From contig JBPXJQ010000053.1 of assembly GCA_051715345.1 (NCBI GenBank), positions 102,478 to 166,477 on the forward strand: DNA of 64,000 nt. Direction: 5' to 3'. Shown one piece after another: positions 47,915-56,610 of the stretch; within the stretch, counting starts at the first letter, position 1, and each line of letters begins with the position of its first letter. Position numbers and translations under genes: made by a program. The DNA comes from Candidatus Blackallbacteria bacterium (GTDB lineage Bacteria > Cyanobacteriota > Sericytochromatia > UBA7694). The notes beneath the pieces were generated by a model. The model did not search any database and had not been told where the DNA came from. It saw only the letters and a list, made by a program, of their open reading frames with translations.

Positions 47915-50085
47915 ATGAGCGGCTCCGCCAGCGTTTACTTCAGGTTTTTTACGCTGAACACGCCGATCACTTGCAGGTCATTCGTCAATTTTTAGATCAG
48001 GCGGCGCAAGCTCCTTTTAAACCTGAACAATTGAATGAGGCCTTTCGCCGGGCCCACAGCCTCAAGGGGGCAGCACGGGCGGTCGATCTGCCCGTGCTTG
48101 AGCAGGGGGCGCATCAATTGGAAGCGCTCTTTGTCAAAGTTCAGGCTGGAGAATTGTCTTTGCCACCTTTGTTCAAGGTTTTGCACCAATGGTTGGACTT
48201 CAGCGAAGATTGGCTCAGTGCCCAATTGGAGCAAACCCCCCTGCCCGATCCCACTGCCGCTTTGACGGCCCTGGGGAAAGCGCTTTTACCAGCGGGGACT
48301 GAAGCAGCTGTGCCTGTTCTACCCCAAACGGAGCCGTCTCTCCAACCAGAGGGGACTCAGCCTGATAAAGAGACCGTTTTGCTCCAAAATCGGACCGAAT
48401 CCCATCTGGATGAATATGTGCGAATTTCTTCGCAACATCTTGAAACTTTGTTGGACAGCTCAGATCGCCTGATGGCGGAGAGTCTGAAACAAAATGAGAT
48501 CACAGGAAATTTGCGCGATATTTTACTGAAAATTTCGGAACTTGAAAAACACTGGCACCAATGCCAAGTTCATGTGCCGGTTTCAGCCCATCGGGAGGCC
48601 TTTGTTTATGCCCTGCGTGAGCTGACGGTGTTAAGCCAAGAAAATCGCCATCAGCAGCAGCAAAGCACCTGGAAACTCTCTCAGGAGGTAAATTATCTCC
48701 AGGCCAATATCCGCGAAATTCGCATGCAACCTGCCCGCTCGATTTTTCAGAGCTTTCCGAAAATGCTGCGCCGCCTGGCCCAGGAGCAGGGCAAAGAAAT
48801 CCAATGTCAGTTTACGGGGCTGGATATTGAGGCCGACCGGGTGATTCTGCAATTGATCAAAGATCCGGTGATGCATCTTTTGCGCAATGCCTTGGCCCAT
48901 GGCATTGAAGGGCCTGAAGAACGGCGTCAGAAGGGCAAAAACCCAGTTGGCAAGATTTCCTGTCATTTGGAGGTGCGCCGCCATCAGTTGATGATCCAAA
49001 TTTCAGATGATGGCCAAGGCTTAAATCAGACCCAAATTCGCAGCCGCTTGGCTGAAAAATCCCCAGAAATGCTGGAGTTGGACAATTGGAAAGGGGCCAT
49101 TTTTCAGCCGGGTTTTTCCACCGCTCAGGGGATCAATGAACTGCGGGGACGCGGCATGGGGCTTTCGGTTGTGGCCGAAAGCATTTCCCGTTTGCAGGGC
49201 AAATACCGCTTGCTAGAACAAGAGCAGGGGCTTTGTTTTGAGCTGGAAGTTCCCCTGCAAATTGTCACTTACCGCCTTTTGGTGTTTTCTTGTGAGGGGC
49301 AAGCTTTGGCTTTGCCTGCTTATGCCGTTCGTCAGCTTTTGCGCCTTCAGCGGACCGACTTGGTCTCGGTGGACGGGCAAATGACCCTGATGTGGGGAGA
49401 GACGCCTGTGCCACTTTACCGTCTCAGCCAAATGCTTTTTCCCGGAGCAACGGGTGGGTTTGCTGAACGGTCTTTTTCTGTGATTGTGTTAGAAACGGAT
49501 TCTCAGCCGATTGCGCTGCAAGTAGACAGTCTTTTGGCCGAGCAAGAAAGCCTGCTCAGACCTTTGACAGGACCCGCTTCTCATTTGCCTCTTTATTTGG
49601 GAGCGGCACTTTCCTCTCAGGGGTATCCTGTACCAGTTCTAAATCCCCATTTTGTGGGCCAAATCACCCAAAAATCACAGGCTTCGGGCAGCCTGCTCTG
49701 GCGCGAAAATGAAAAAGCACAGATGGCGCGCATTTTGGTTGTTGATGATTCGATCACCACGCGTACCCTTGAGAAGACCATTTTGGAGAGCCAGGGCTAT
49801 CAGGTGGCCGTCGCTGTCAATGGGCGTGAAGCACTCAAAAAAATGCGCGAAACCCCTTTTGATCTGGTGATCACTGATGTACAAATGCCTGAAATGGATG
49901 GCCTTGAGCTTTTGGCTCAGATCAAACAAGATACCCAGTGGTCAGCCTTGCCTGTGATTGTCGTAACCTCGCTCAATGCTCACGAAGATCAGAAAAAAGG
50001 CCTGGAGTTGGGCGCGGCTGCTTATCTGGTCAAACAAAAATTTGAGCAACAGGAATTGCTTGAGATGATCGCGCAATTGCTATGA
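47911..50085 (+). CDS. cheA: Chemotaxis histidine kinase CheA fused to C-terminal receiver (WspE/FrzE-like CheA-REC hybrid)
   Basis: HPt domain FRRAHSLKGAARAV. HATPase region HLLRNALAHGIE...GRGMGLSVV. CheW-like domain. C-terminal REC ILVVDDSITTRTL...DLVITDVQMPEMDG. Confidence 0.9.
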   Translation: MNERLRQRLLQVFYAEHADHLQVIRQFLDQAAQAPFKPEQLNEAFRRAHSLKGAARAVDLPVLEQGAHQLEALFVKVQAGELSLPPLFKVLHQWLDFSEDWLSAQLEQTPLPDPTAALTALGKALLPAGTEAAVPVLPQTEPSLQPEGTQPDKETVLLQNRTESHLDEYVRISSQHLETLLDSSDRLMAESLKQNEITGNLRDILLKISELEKHWHQCQVHVPVSAHREAFVYALRELTVLSQENRHQQQQSTWKLSQEVNYLQANIREIRMQPARSIFQSFPKMLRRLAQEQGKEIQCQFTGLDIEADRVILQLIKDPVMHLLRNALAHGIEGPEERRQKGKNPVGKISCHLEVRRHQLMIQISDDGQGLNQTQIRSRLAEKSPEMLELDNWKGAIFQPGFSTAQGINELRGRGMGLSVVAESISRLQGKYRLLEQEQGLCFELEVPLQIVTYRLLVFSCEGQALALPAYAVRQLLRLQRTDLVSVDGQMTLMWGETPVPLYRLSQMLFPGATGGFAERSFSVIVLETDSQPIALQVDSLLAEQESLLRPLTGPASHLPLYLGAALSSQGYPVPVLNPHFVGQITQKSQASGSLLWRENEKAQMARILVVDDSITTRTLEKTILESQGYQVAVAVNGREALKKMRETPFDLVITDVQMPEMDGLELLAQIKQDTQWSALPVIVVTSLNAHEDQKKGLELGAAAYLVKQKFEQQELLEMIAQLL

Positions 50086-51179
50086 ACACAGAAAAACCGA
50101 TTCGCGTTTTAATTGTCGAAGACTCTCCTGTTATGCAGCTCTTTTTGACCGAAATTATCAATGCTGATCAACGTTTGACCGTTTTAGCGGTGGTGCCATC
50201 GGGAGAAAAGGCTCTGGCTTTTTTGCAGACCCAGCCAGTTGATGTGATCTCGATGGACATCCGTTTGCCGGGTATGGATGGCTTGGAGACCACGCGTCAG
50301 ATCATGCAGACCTGTCCCACGCCGATTGTGGTGGTTTCTTCGCAGTCAGAAAGCCAGGAACTGGATTTGAGCTTTGATGCTCTGCAGGCAGGTGCGCTCT
50401 CCGTTTTAGCTAAGCCCGTGGGAGTGTCTCACCCTGCCTTTGAACAAAGTGCCCGACAGCTCTGTACCCAATTGGTGATCATGAGTCAGGTCAAAGTAAT
50501 TCGCCAGCGCTTGGGTCGTGTGGCTGCTGCGCGTCCAACAAAAGAGGTATCTCCTCACCACCCCCGTCTGTCACTCAGTACAGAGCAAATGCCGGATTTT
50601 CAGATTCTCGGCATTGCAGCTTCGACAGGTGGGCCCAAAGCCCTGTCGACGCTATTTAATCAATTGGCGACTTTTCCCTTGCCAATTTTATTGGTGCAGC
50701 ATATTGCCCCTCATTTTTTGGTTGGATTTGCCGATTGGCTCAATGGAGTCACTCCTTTTCAGGTTGTTGTGGCCAGTGAGGGAATGGTGCCTCAGCCACA
50801 ACACATCTATTTGGCACCGCCAGAGCGGCATTTGAGTTATCAAAAAGGCAGGATTACACTTTTGGACAATGAACCTGTGTCTTACCAGCGCCCTTCTGGC
50901 ACTGTTTTATTCCAGTCTTTGGCTGAATCTTTGGGGCCCCGGGCGATTGGTTTGGTTTTGACAGGCATGGGTGATGATGGGGCTGCTGGGCTTTTACAGA
51001 TGCGCCAATCTGGAGCCTATACTTTGGCCGAAGCTGAGACCACCGCTGTGGTCTATGGCATGCCTGCTGCCGCAGACAAACTGGGGGCTGTCTGCCACCT
51101 TTTGCCTTTGCCAGATTTAGCTCCCCATCTTCAGTTTTTAGTTAAAAAAAGAGGGGCTAGGTCCGGTAAACACCTATGA
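50082..51179 (+). CDS. cheB: Chemotaxis response regulator protein-glutamate methylesterase
   Basis: N-terminal REC (VLIVEDSPVMQ...VISMDIRLPGMDG) plus methylesterase domain with ILGIAASTGGPKAL and GMGDDGA motifs. Confidence 0.9.
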   Translation: MNTEKPIRVLIVEDSPVMQLFLTEIINADQRLTVLAVVPSGEKALAFLQTQPVDVISMDIRLPGMDGLETTRQIMQTCPTPIVVVSSQSESQELDLSFDALQAGALSVLAKPVGVSHPAFEQSARQLCTQLVIMSQVKVIRQRLGRVAAARPTKEVSPHHPRLSLSTEQMPDFQILGIAASTGGPKALSTLFNQLATFPLPILLVQHIAPHFLVGFADWLNGVTPFQVVVASEGMVPQPQHIYLAPPERHLSYQKGRITLLDNEPVSYQRPSGTVLFQSLAESLGPRAIGLVLTGMGDDGAAGLLQMRQSGAYTLAEAETTAVVYGMPAAADKLGAVCHLLPLPDLAPHLQFLVKKRGARSGKHL

Positions 51180-52789
51180 GCATCGCGGATAAACATATTC
51201 TTCTGATTGAAGATTCAGATACCCAGGCCTTAAAATTTACGCTCTTCTTTGAAGATGAAGGCTGGTTTGTGACCCGTGCTGCCAGTGCTGAAGAGGGCTT
51301 GGAGTTTCTGAATCAATTGATACCAGATCTGATTGTGGTGGATTATTTTTTACCGGGGATGCATGGTGATGCTTTTTGCCGACAGGTGCGTATGAAAGCC
51401 GCCACACGTCATGTGCCGGTCTTGATGTTGACCGCAGCGGACTCTTCTGCTACAGAGGTACAGGGCCTCGACAGTGGGGCGGATGACTATCTGCCAAAAT
51501 CTGAGGATGAGACCATTTTACTCTTGCGGATTCATTCTCTCTTTCGCAAGTTTTCGGGCCAAACGGCCTTGCCCTCTGACATTTCCTTTCGCCAGGCCCG
51601 AATTTTGGCCGTCGATGATAGCCCCACTTATTTGACTTATCTGGTTGAGGAATTACAGCATGAGGGATATCTGGTAGAGCAGGCAGAATCGGGAGAGGAG
51701 GCTTTAAAAAAATTAGAAGCTGATGACTACGACTGTGTGGTGGTTGATCTGGTCATGCCCGGAATTGATGGCATTGGTGTCTGTCAAAAGCTCAATCAGA
51801 TCTCACAGCAAAAGCTCAATCCGATTCTGGTCTTAATGCTGACAGCCCATGACAATCATGTCGAGCTTTCCAGGGCATTGGCAGCGGGTGCTGATGATTT
51901 TGTTGGGAAATCGAGCGATATTTCGGTTCTGAAAGGGCGCGTTCGTGCGCTTTTGCGGCGCAAACTTTCGCAAGATGAGAATCAACGCCTGATGAAAGAG
52001 ATCATTCAGGCCAAAGAGCAGGAAGCGCTACATGCCCGCAAGGCGCAAGAAGAAGCGGAAGCTCGGGCCTCCCTATCCGGAGAACTCGCGCAGGCACTCA
52101 AAAAACTGCAAGCCTCCAAACACGAACTGGAACAATTGGCGTATATCTCGGCCCATGATTTGCAGGAGCCTTTGCGTTTATTGACCAATTACACCCAATT
52201 ATTGGTACATCGCCTGCCCGCAGAGGTTGTGCCCAAAAACCAACGCTATCTGGACTTTATTGCCGAAAACACGCAGCGCATGCAGCGGCAAGTGCAAAGT
52301 CTATTGGCCTATTTGAGTGCCAGTACCGAGGTTTTGAAGTTAGAGCCCATCAATCTGGAAACGCTGATTGCGGAGGTGTGGGCGCCGTTGGCCGCAGAAT
52401 ATCCAAAGGCCCAGCTGGAAGTCCTTTCTCCTTTGCTCACCATAAAGGCGAGTGTTTATCATCTGAAGCTTTTGTATCACCATTTGTTTCAAAATGCCTT
52501 GCAGTTTGTTCCTTCTGACAGGCTCCCTCTGTTGCGTATTCAGGTCGAGGAGGATGAAAATGAATGGACTTTTTCTGTTCAAGACAATGGTGTGGGGATT
52601 GAATCTCTCTATTTTGAACGTATTTTTCAGATGTTTCAGCATTTAAGTTCCGAGCAAAAAAGGCGCAGCAGTGGGATGGGTTTGCCCATTTGCCGAAAAA
52701 TTGCGGAACTCCACCAAGGGCAGATTTGGCTCGAATCGGAGGCAGGCATCGGCAGTACATTCTTTTTCAGCCTCTCCAAACACCTGTGA
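51176..52789 (+). CDS. Hybrid response regulator/histidine kinase: REC-REC-coiled coil-HisKA-HATPase_c
   Basis: REC1 ILLIEDSDTQ...DLIVVDYFLPGMHG. REC2 ILAVDDSPTY...DCVVVDLVMPGIDG. H-box LAYISAHDLQEPLRLL. G-box GMGLPICRKIAELHQG. Confidence 0.85.
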   Translation: MSIADKHILLIEDSDTQALKFTLFFEDEGWFVTRAASAEEGLEFLNQLIPDLIVVDYFLPGMHGDAFCRQVRMKAATRHVPVLMLTAADSSATEVQGLDSGADDYLPKSEDETILLLRIHSLFRKFSGQTALPSDISFRQARILAVDDSPTYLTYLVEELQHEGYLVEQAESGEEALKKLEADDYDCVVVDLVMPGIDGIGVCQKLNQISQQKLNPILVLMLTAHDNHVELSRALAAGADDFVGKSSDISVLKGRVRALLRRKLSQDENQRLMKEIIQAKEQEALHARKAQEEAEARASLSGELAQALKKLQASKHELEQLAYISAHDLQEPLRLLTNYTQLLVHRLPAEVVPKNQRYLDFIAENTQRMQRQVQSLLAYLSASTEVLKLEPINLETLIAEVWAPLAAEYPKAQLEVLSPLLTIKASVYHLKLLYHHLFQNALQFVPSDRLPLLRIQVEEDENEWTFSVQDNGVGIESLYFERIFQMFQHLSSEQKRRSSGMGLPICRKIAELHQGQIWLESEAGIGSTFFFSLSKHL

Positions 52790-52798
52790 CTCGGATCT

Positions 52799-55648
52799 TT
52801 AAGTCGTTGATGAGGGAGTCTGAATCAAGTGGGCTGTTTCGAGAAAGCTGATTAGGTGCTCGTGATAATAATTTTGCGACCAATGTTTTAATTGGCCTGC
52901 CAATTCCGTGTGGTAGCCTTCCACAAGTTGAATCAATTGTAAAAAACAGTCTTCATCTATGCAAATGGCCGTATCCAGTAATTGTTTTAAGAGGTCTGGG
53001 GGGAGGTTACTTGCACATTCTTCAGCTGAAATCAGCGACGAGATGGCCCTTTGAGTCGCGATGGGCACCTGTGTGTCTGCCATTGCTGTCTGGGCAATGC
53101 TGAGGTGTTTGCTCAGAACTTCGATAATCGTCTCTTTTTTATACGGCTTCGAGACAAATGCATTGGCACCTGCATTTAAACAGGTCTGTTGATCCGAACT
53201 GAAGGCGTTGGCGGTAATCATGATGACACAAATATCTTTGGTTGCAGGGTTTTGGCGCAAGTGTTTGAGGCAGGTCAATCCATCCATGATCGGCATACTC
53301 ATATCCAAAAGAATCACGTCGGGTGTGACTTCTGCGACAATATTCAAGGCATCTTGGCCGTTACTTGCCTCGAGAACTACAAAGCCATATTGTTCCAGCA
53401 GCAGACGTAAAATATCGCGGTTGTGGGTTTGGTCATCCACAACCAAGGCATGGGGACTGTGTAAATGCCCAAAATTAAAAACAGGAAGGGCGGGGACTGT
53501 TTCTGGATACTTTTTCAGCGGCGTGGTTTCTGAGAGTGGGGCCACAAGGCTGAACGAAAAACAAGAACCTTGATTGGCTTGGCTGACAAAGCCAATTTCT
53601 CCACCCATCATTTGCACAAATCGTTGACTGATGGCCAGTCCCAGGCCTGTACCTCCCTGTACTTGTCTGCCGCTGCTCGTTTGCTCAAAACTTTGAAATA
53701 CTTTGTTTTGTTCTTCTGGGGGAATGCCCAAGCCTGTATCTTGAACTTTAAAGGTCAATTCATAAAAAAGATTGTCTTTGGGCTTGACCCGCAAAAAAAG
53801 CTCGATTTGACCTTGAACTGTAAACTTAAACGCATTAGAGAGTAAATTAAACAGTACCTGGCGTAACTTTTGTTTATCGAGTTTGAAATGGCGAGGCATG
53901 TTTAAAGAGGATGAGACTGAAAAATCCAATTTTTTATCATGGGCTTTGGCAATAAAAACGCTCTCCAACTCTGAGAGAATTTGATAAATATCGACAGACT
54001 CCAACTCCAAGCTCACATGCCCTGCTTCAATTTTGGACATCTCCAAGATGTCGCTGATCAAACGCAGAAGATGCTCGCCACTTTGCAGAATGACCCTGAG
54101 TTTTCGTTGCTGCTCTTCTCCCAAGCTGGAATCCATTTGCAATAATTGGGTAAAACCCAGTATTGCGTTCATGGGTGTCCGAATCTCATGGCTCATATTG
54201 GCAAGAAAGGTACTCTTTGCGCTATTGGCATCTTCTGCTTTTTGGCGGGCCAAAATCAAGGCTCTTTGGGTTTGTTTGATTTCAGAAATATCTGCAAAGG
54301 TGGCAATCGCAAAGCGCAAATTGCCCTGAATATCCCTAACTGAGCGACCCCAAACTTGGAGGCTGAGCGGTTGTTCTTCAAAACGTATTTCCAAATCATC
54401 AACAGAGGAGTCTTGGCCCGAAAGGGCTTTTTGCCAAGGGGTTTCTGTATATGGGTAGGGCTCGTTGGTGCCTTCGCGATAAACGGGGAGGGTTTCAAAC
54501 AGGTTTTGCAAAGGAACATCGAGCTGGGGTGGCAATTTCAATAATTCCTGAGCACCGCGGTTGGCGTAGAAGGGTTTTCCGTCGGCACTTAAGGCAAAAA
54601 TACCCACAGGGATGGCTTCCATAAATTGTTTCAAACGCTCTTCGTTTTCTTTGAGCAATTGGATATTCACAAATTGTTGAAGCATATTGCTGATTTGATG
54701 GGTAATTTGAACCATGAGTTGGTGTAGACCGGGATCGACTCTGTCCTGTTGGGGCAAGGCAAAAAACATAATAAACAAATGTTCTTCTTGCCATGAAACA
54801 GGTTGAACCCAGACGTTGTCTGGAAAATCTTGGTTTTGGGGGGAGCCGGGACCGGGATGTGTGTATTGGCCACCCTCTCGCGTATGTGTCAAAGACTCAA
54901 TCCAGTCTTTGCAAATATAGTTATGTTTACAGGGCCGTTGAGCGATTTCGCTTGGGCAATAAACCAACGTGGGAGACGGGTTTAACAGCGAAATCAGAGG
55001 CGATTGAGGGGGGATGTGAATGGACGCACAAAGGGCATTGAGGTAATCGGCGATTTTTTGCAGGGTGTTTTTTAATAGCTCACCCAAAGACCATTCTTGA
55101 TGGGCTTGATCTGAGAGAGCGTAAAGCAATTGTAATTTTTTTTGATTGGTCTGTAATTCTTGATTGCTCTGATTTAAGGCGTAGGTGCGTTCTGCGACTC
55201 TCCGCTCTAATTCTTCAGCCAATTGCTTGAAGCGCTGCTCGCTTTCTCTGAGCATCTGTTGGTGTTGAAACTGTTGGAGTGCGTAGCGAATAGAACGCTC
55301 CAAATCTGGGCTGGTCAGGGTATTCTTATTGAGATAATCAGCGGCCCCTGATTGCATTGCTTTGAGATCGGTATCGTAGGTTCCCAGTCCAGTCAGCAAA
55401 ATGGTCGGAATCCAAATCCCTGTGTCGCGGTTTTCTTTGATAAAGTCGATGCCTGTTTTGCTGCCCAGCAGGTAATCAACCAAGACAAGGTCAAACGCCT
55501 GATCTTTTAGAGCTACTTGTGCCTCATGGTAACTTGAGCACCATTGTATTTGATACCGAATATTGCTGGATTTTAAGAGAAGGTTTTCTGTGATTAGAAA
55601 ATCTTCTTCATCGTCATCCACAAGCAAAATGGAAATAGGAGAGTTCAT
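52799..55648 (-). CDS. Hybrid sensor kinase: N-terminal REC, coiled coil, GAF/PAS-like region, HisKA, HATPase_c, second REC, C-terminal HPt-like region
   Basis: N-REC ILLVDDDEEDFLI...DLVLVDYLLGSKTG. H-box [23 protein letters not shown]-box [36 protein letters not shown]...DVILLDMSMPIMDG. Confidence 0.85.
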   Translation of the reverse strand: MNSPISILLVDDDEEDFLITENLLLKSSNIRYQIQWCSSYHEAQVALKDQAFDLVLVDYLLGSKTGIDFIKENRDTGIWIPTILLTGLGTYDTDLKAMQSGAADYLNKNTLTSPDLERSIRYALQQFQHQQMLRESEQRFKQLAEELERRVAERTYALNQSNQELQTNQKKLQLLYALSDQAHQEWSLGELLKNTLQKIADYLNALCASIHIPPQSPLISLLNPSPTLVYCPSEIAQRPCKHNYICKDWIESLTHTREGGQYTHPGPGSPQNQDFPDNVWVQPVSWQEEHLFIMFFALPQQDRVDPGLHQLMVQITHQISNMLQQFVNIQLLKENEERLKQFMEAIPVGIFALSADGKPFYANRGAQELLKLPPQLDVPLQNLFETLPVYREGTNEPYPYTETPWQKALSGQDSSVDDLEIRFEEQPLSLQVWGRSVRDIQGNLRFAIATFADISEIKQTQRALILARQKAEDANSAKSTFLANMSHEIRTPMNAILGFTQLLQMDSSLGEEQQRKLRVILQSGEHLLRLISDILEMSKIEAGHVSLELESVDIYQILSELESVFIAKAHDKKLDFSVSSSLNMPRHFKLDKQKLRQVLFNLLSNAFKFTVQGQIELFLRVKPKDNLFYELTFKVQDTGLGIPPEEQNKVFQSFEQTSSGRQVQGGTGLGLAISQRFVQMMGGEIGFVSQANQGSCFSFSLVAPLSETTPLKKYPETVPALPVFNFGHLHSPHALVVDDQTHNRDILRLLLEQYGFVVLEASNGQDALNIVAEVTPDVILLDMSMPIMDGLTCLKHLRQNPATKDICVIMITANAFSSDQQTCLNAGANAFVSKPYKKETIIEVLSKHLSIAQTAMADTQVPIATQRAISSLISAEECASNLPPDLLKQLLDTAICIDEDCFLQLIQLVEGYHTELAGQLKHWSQNYYHEHLISFLETAHLIQTPSSTT

Positions 55649-55827
55649 GGTTCCGATATTCCCTGCTTAAACCGCATACGCTATTGTAAAAAGATACAAA
55701 TACCATAACATATTTTTGTCGCAGACAATCGGGGCATTCAAAAGCATCTTCACGGAAACTTTATAAATCTATTTTATGATGGAAGAGAATGGGATAAATT
55801 TTAATTCCACGGAGGCCAATTTGAAGG

Positions 55828-56604
55828 ATGTCCAATTCTTCACCCGACCATTTTCGTTTTATTCTTTTAATCATCGAAGATGATCCTGACTTTGCTGCAC
55901 TGCTTCAAGATATTCTCGAGAGCAATGGCTATGAAGTTCATCTGGCCGCAAAAGCAGAAGAAGCCCTTCGTTTTTTAAATATCATCTCTCCCCATTTGAT
56001 TATTTCAGATCTTTATTTACCAGATATGTATGGGCTCGAATTGCTCAAACAAATAAAATTAAGCCATTCTCAGGTGCCGCTTGTTTTTCTCTCGGGTTAT
56101 TCCGAAGAGATGGATATTGTTTTGGGGCTTGATTTGGGGGTAGAAGATTATCTTGCCAAGCCACTCAGAGCAAAAGAGTTATTGGCACGAATTCGGAAAG
56201 TCTTGGGGCAACCCCAGCCTGTTCCTCTCGAACCCACAGAAACCAAACCCAGCGAGGAAAGCGATTCTCTGTTCCCGATCGGTGATTCTTTACTGAAGAT
56301 CGATTTATTGAGCCGGGAAGCGATGATTCATCATTGGCCTTTGCCTTTGACTGAAAAAGAGTTTGAGATTTTGATGTTTCTGGCTGCTTCGCCAGATCAG
56401 GTTTTTTCTCGGGAACAATTGGTAGAGCATATTTGGGACCATGGAGAGCAAATCGATGCGCGTACGATCGATGCCCATATTAGCCATTTGCGTAAAAAAA
56501 TGCGAAAAGCCACTCCCAATCGCTATCCCTGGATTTATACCCAACGTGGAAAAGGGTATGCATTTAAACCCTTTGTTTACTCATTACCATCGCTTCAGGG
56601 TTAA
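55828..56604 (+). CDS. OmpR-family DNA-binding response regulator (REC plus winged helix)
   Basis: REC ILLIIEDDPDFAAL...HLIISDLYLPDMYG...EDYLAKP. C-terminal trans_reg_C pattern LTEKEFEILMFLA...REQLVEHIWD...RTIDAHISHLRKK. Confidence 0.85.
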   Translation: MSNSSPDHFRFILLIIEDDPDFAALLQDILESNGYEVHLAAKAEEALRFLNIISPHLIISDLYLPDMYGLELLKQIKLSHSQVPLVFLSGYSEEMDIVLGLDLGVEDYLAKPLRAKELLARIRKVLGQPQPVPLEPTETKPSEESDSLFPIGDSLLKIDLLSREAMIHHWPLPLTEKEFEILMFLAASPDQVFSREQLVEHIWDHGEQIDARTIDAHISHLRKKMRKATPNRYPWIYTQRGKGYAFKPFVYSLPSLQG

Positions 56605-56610
56605 ATATCT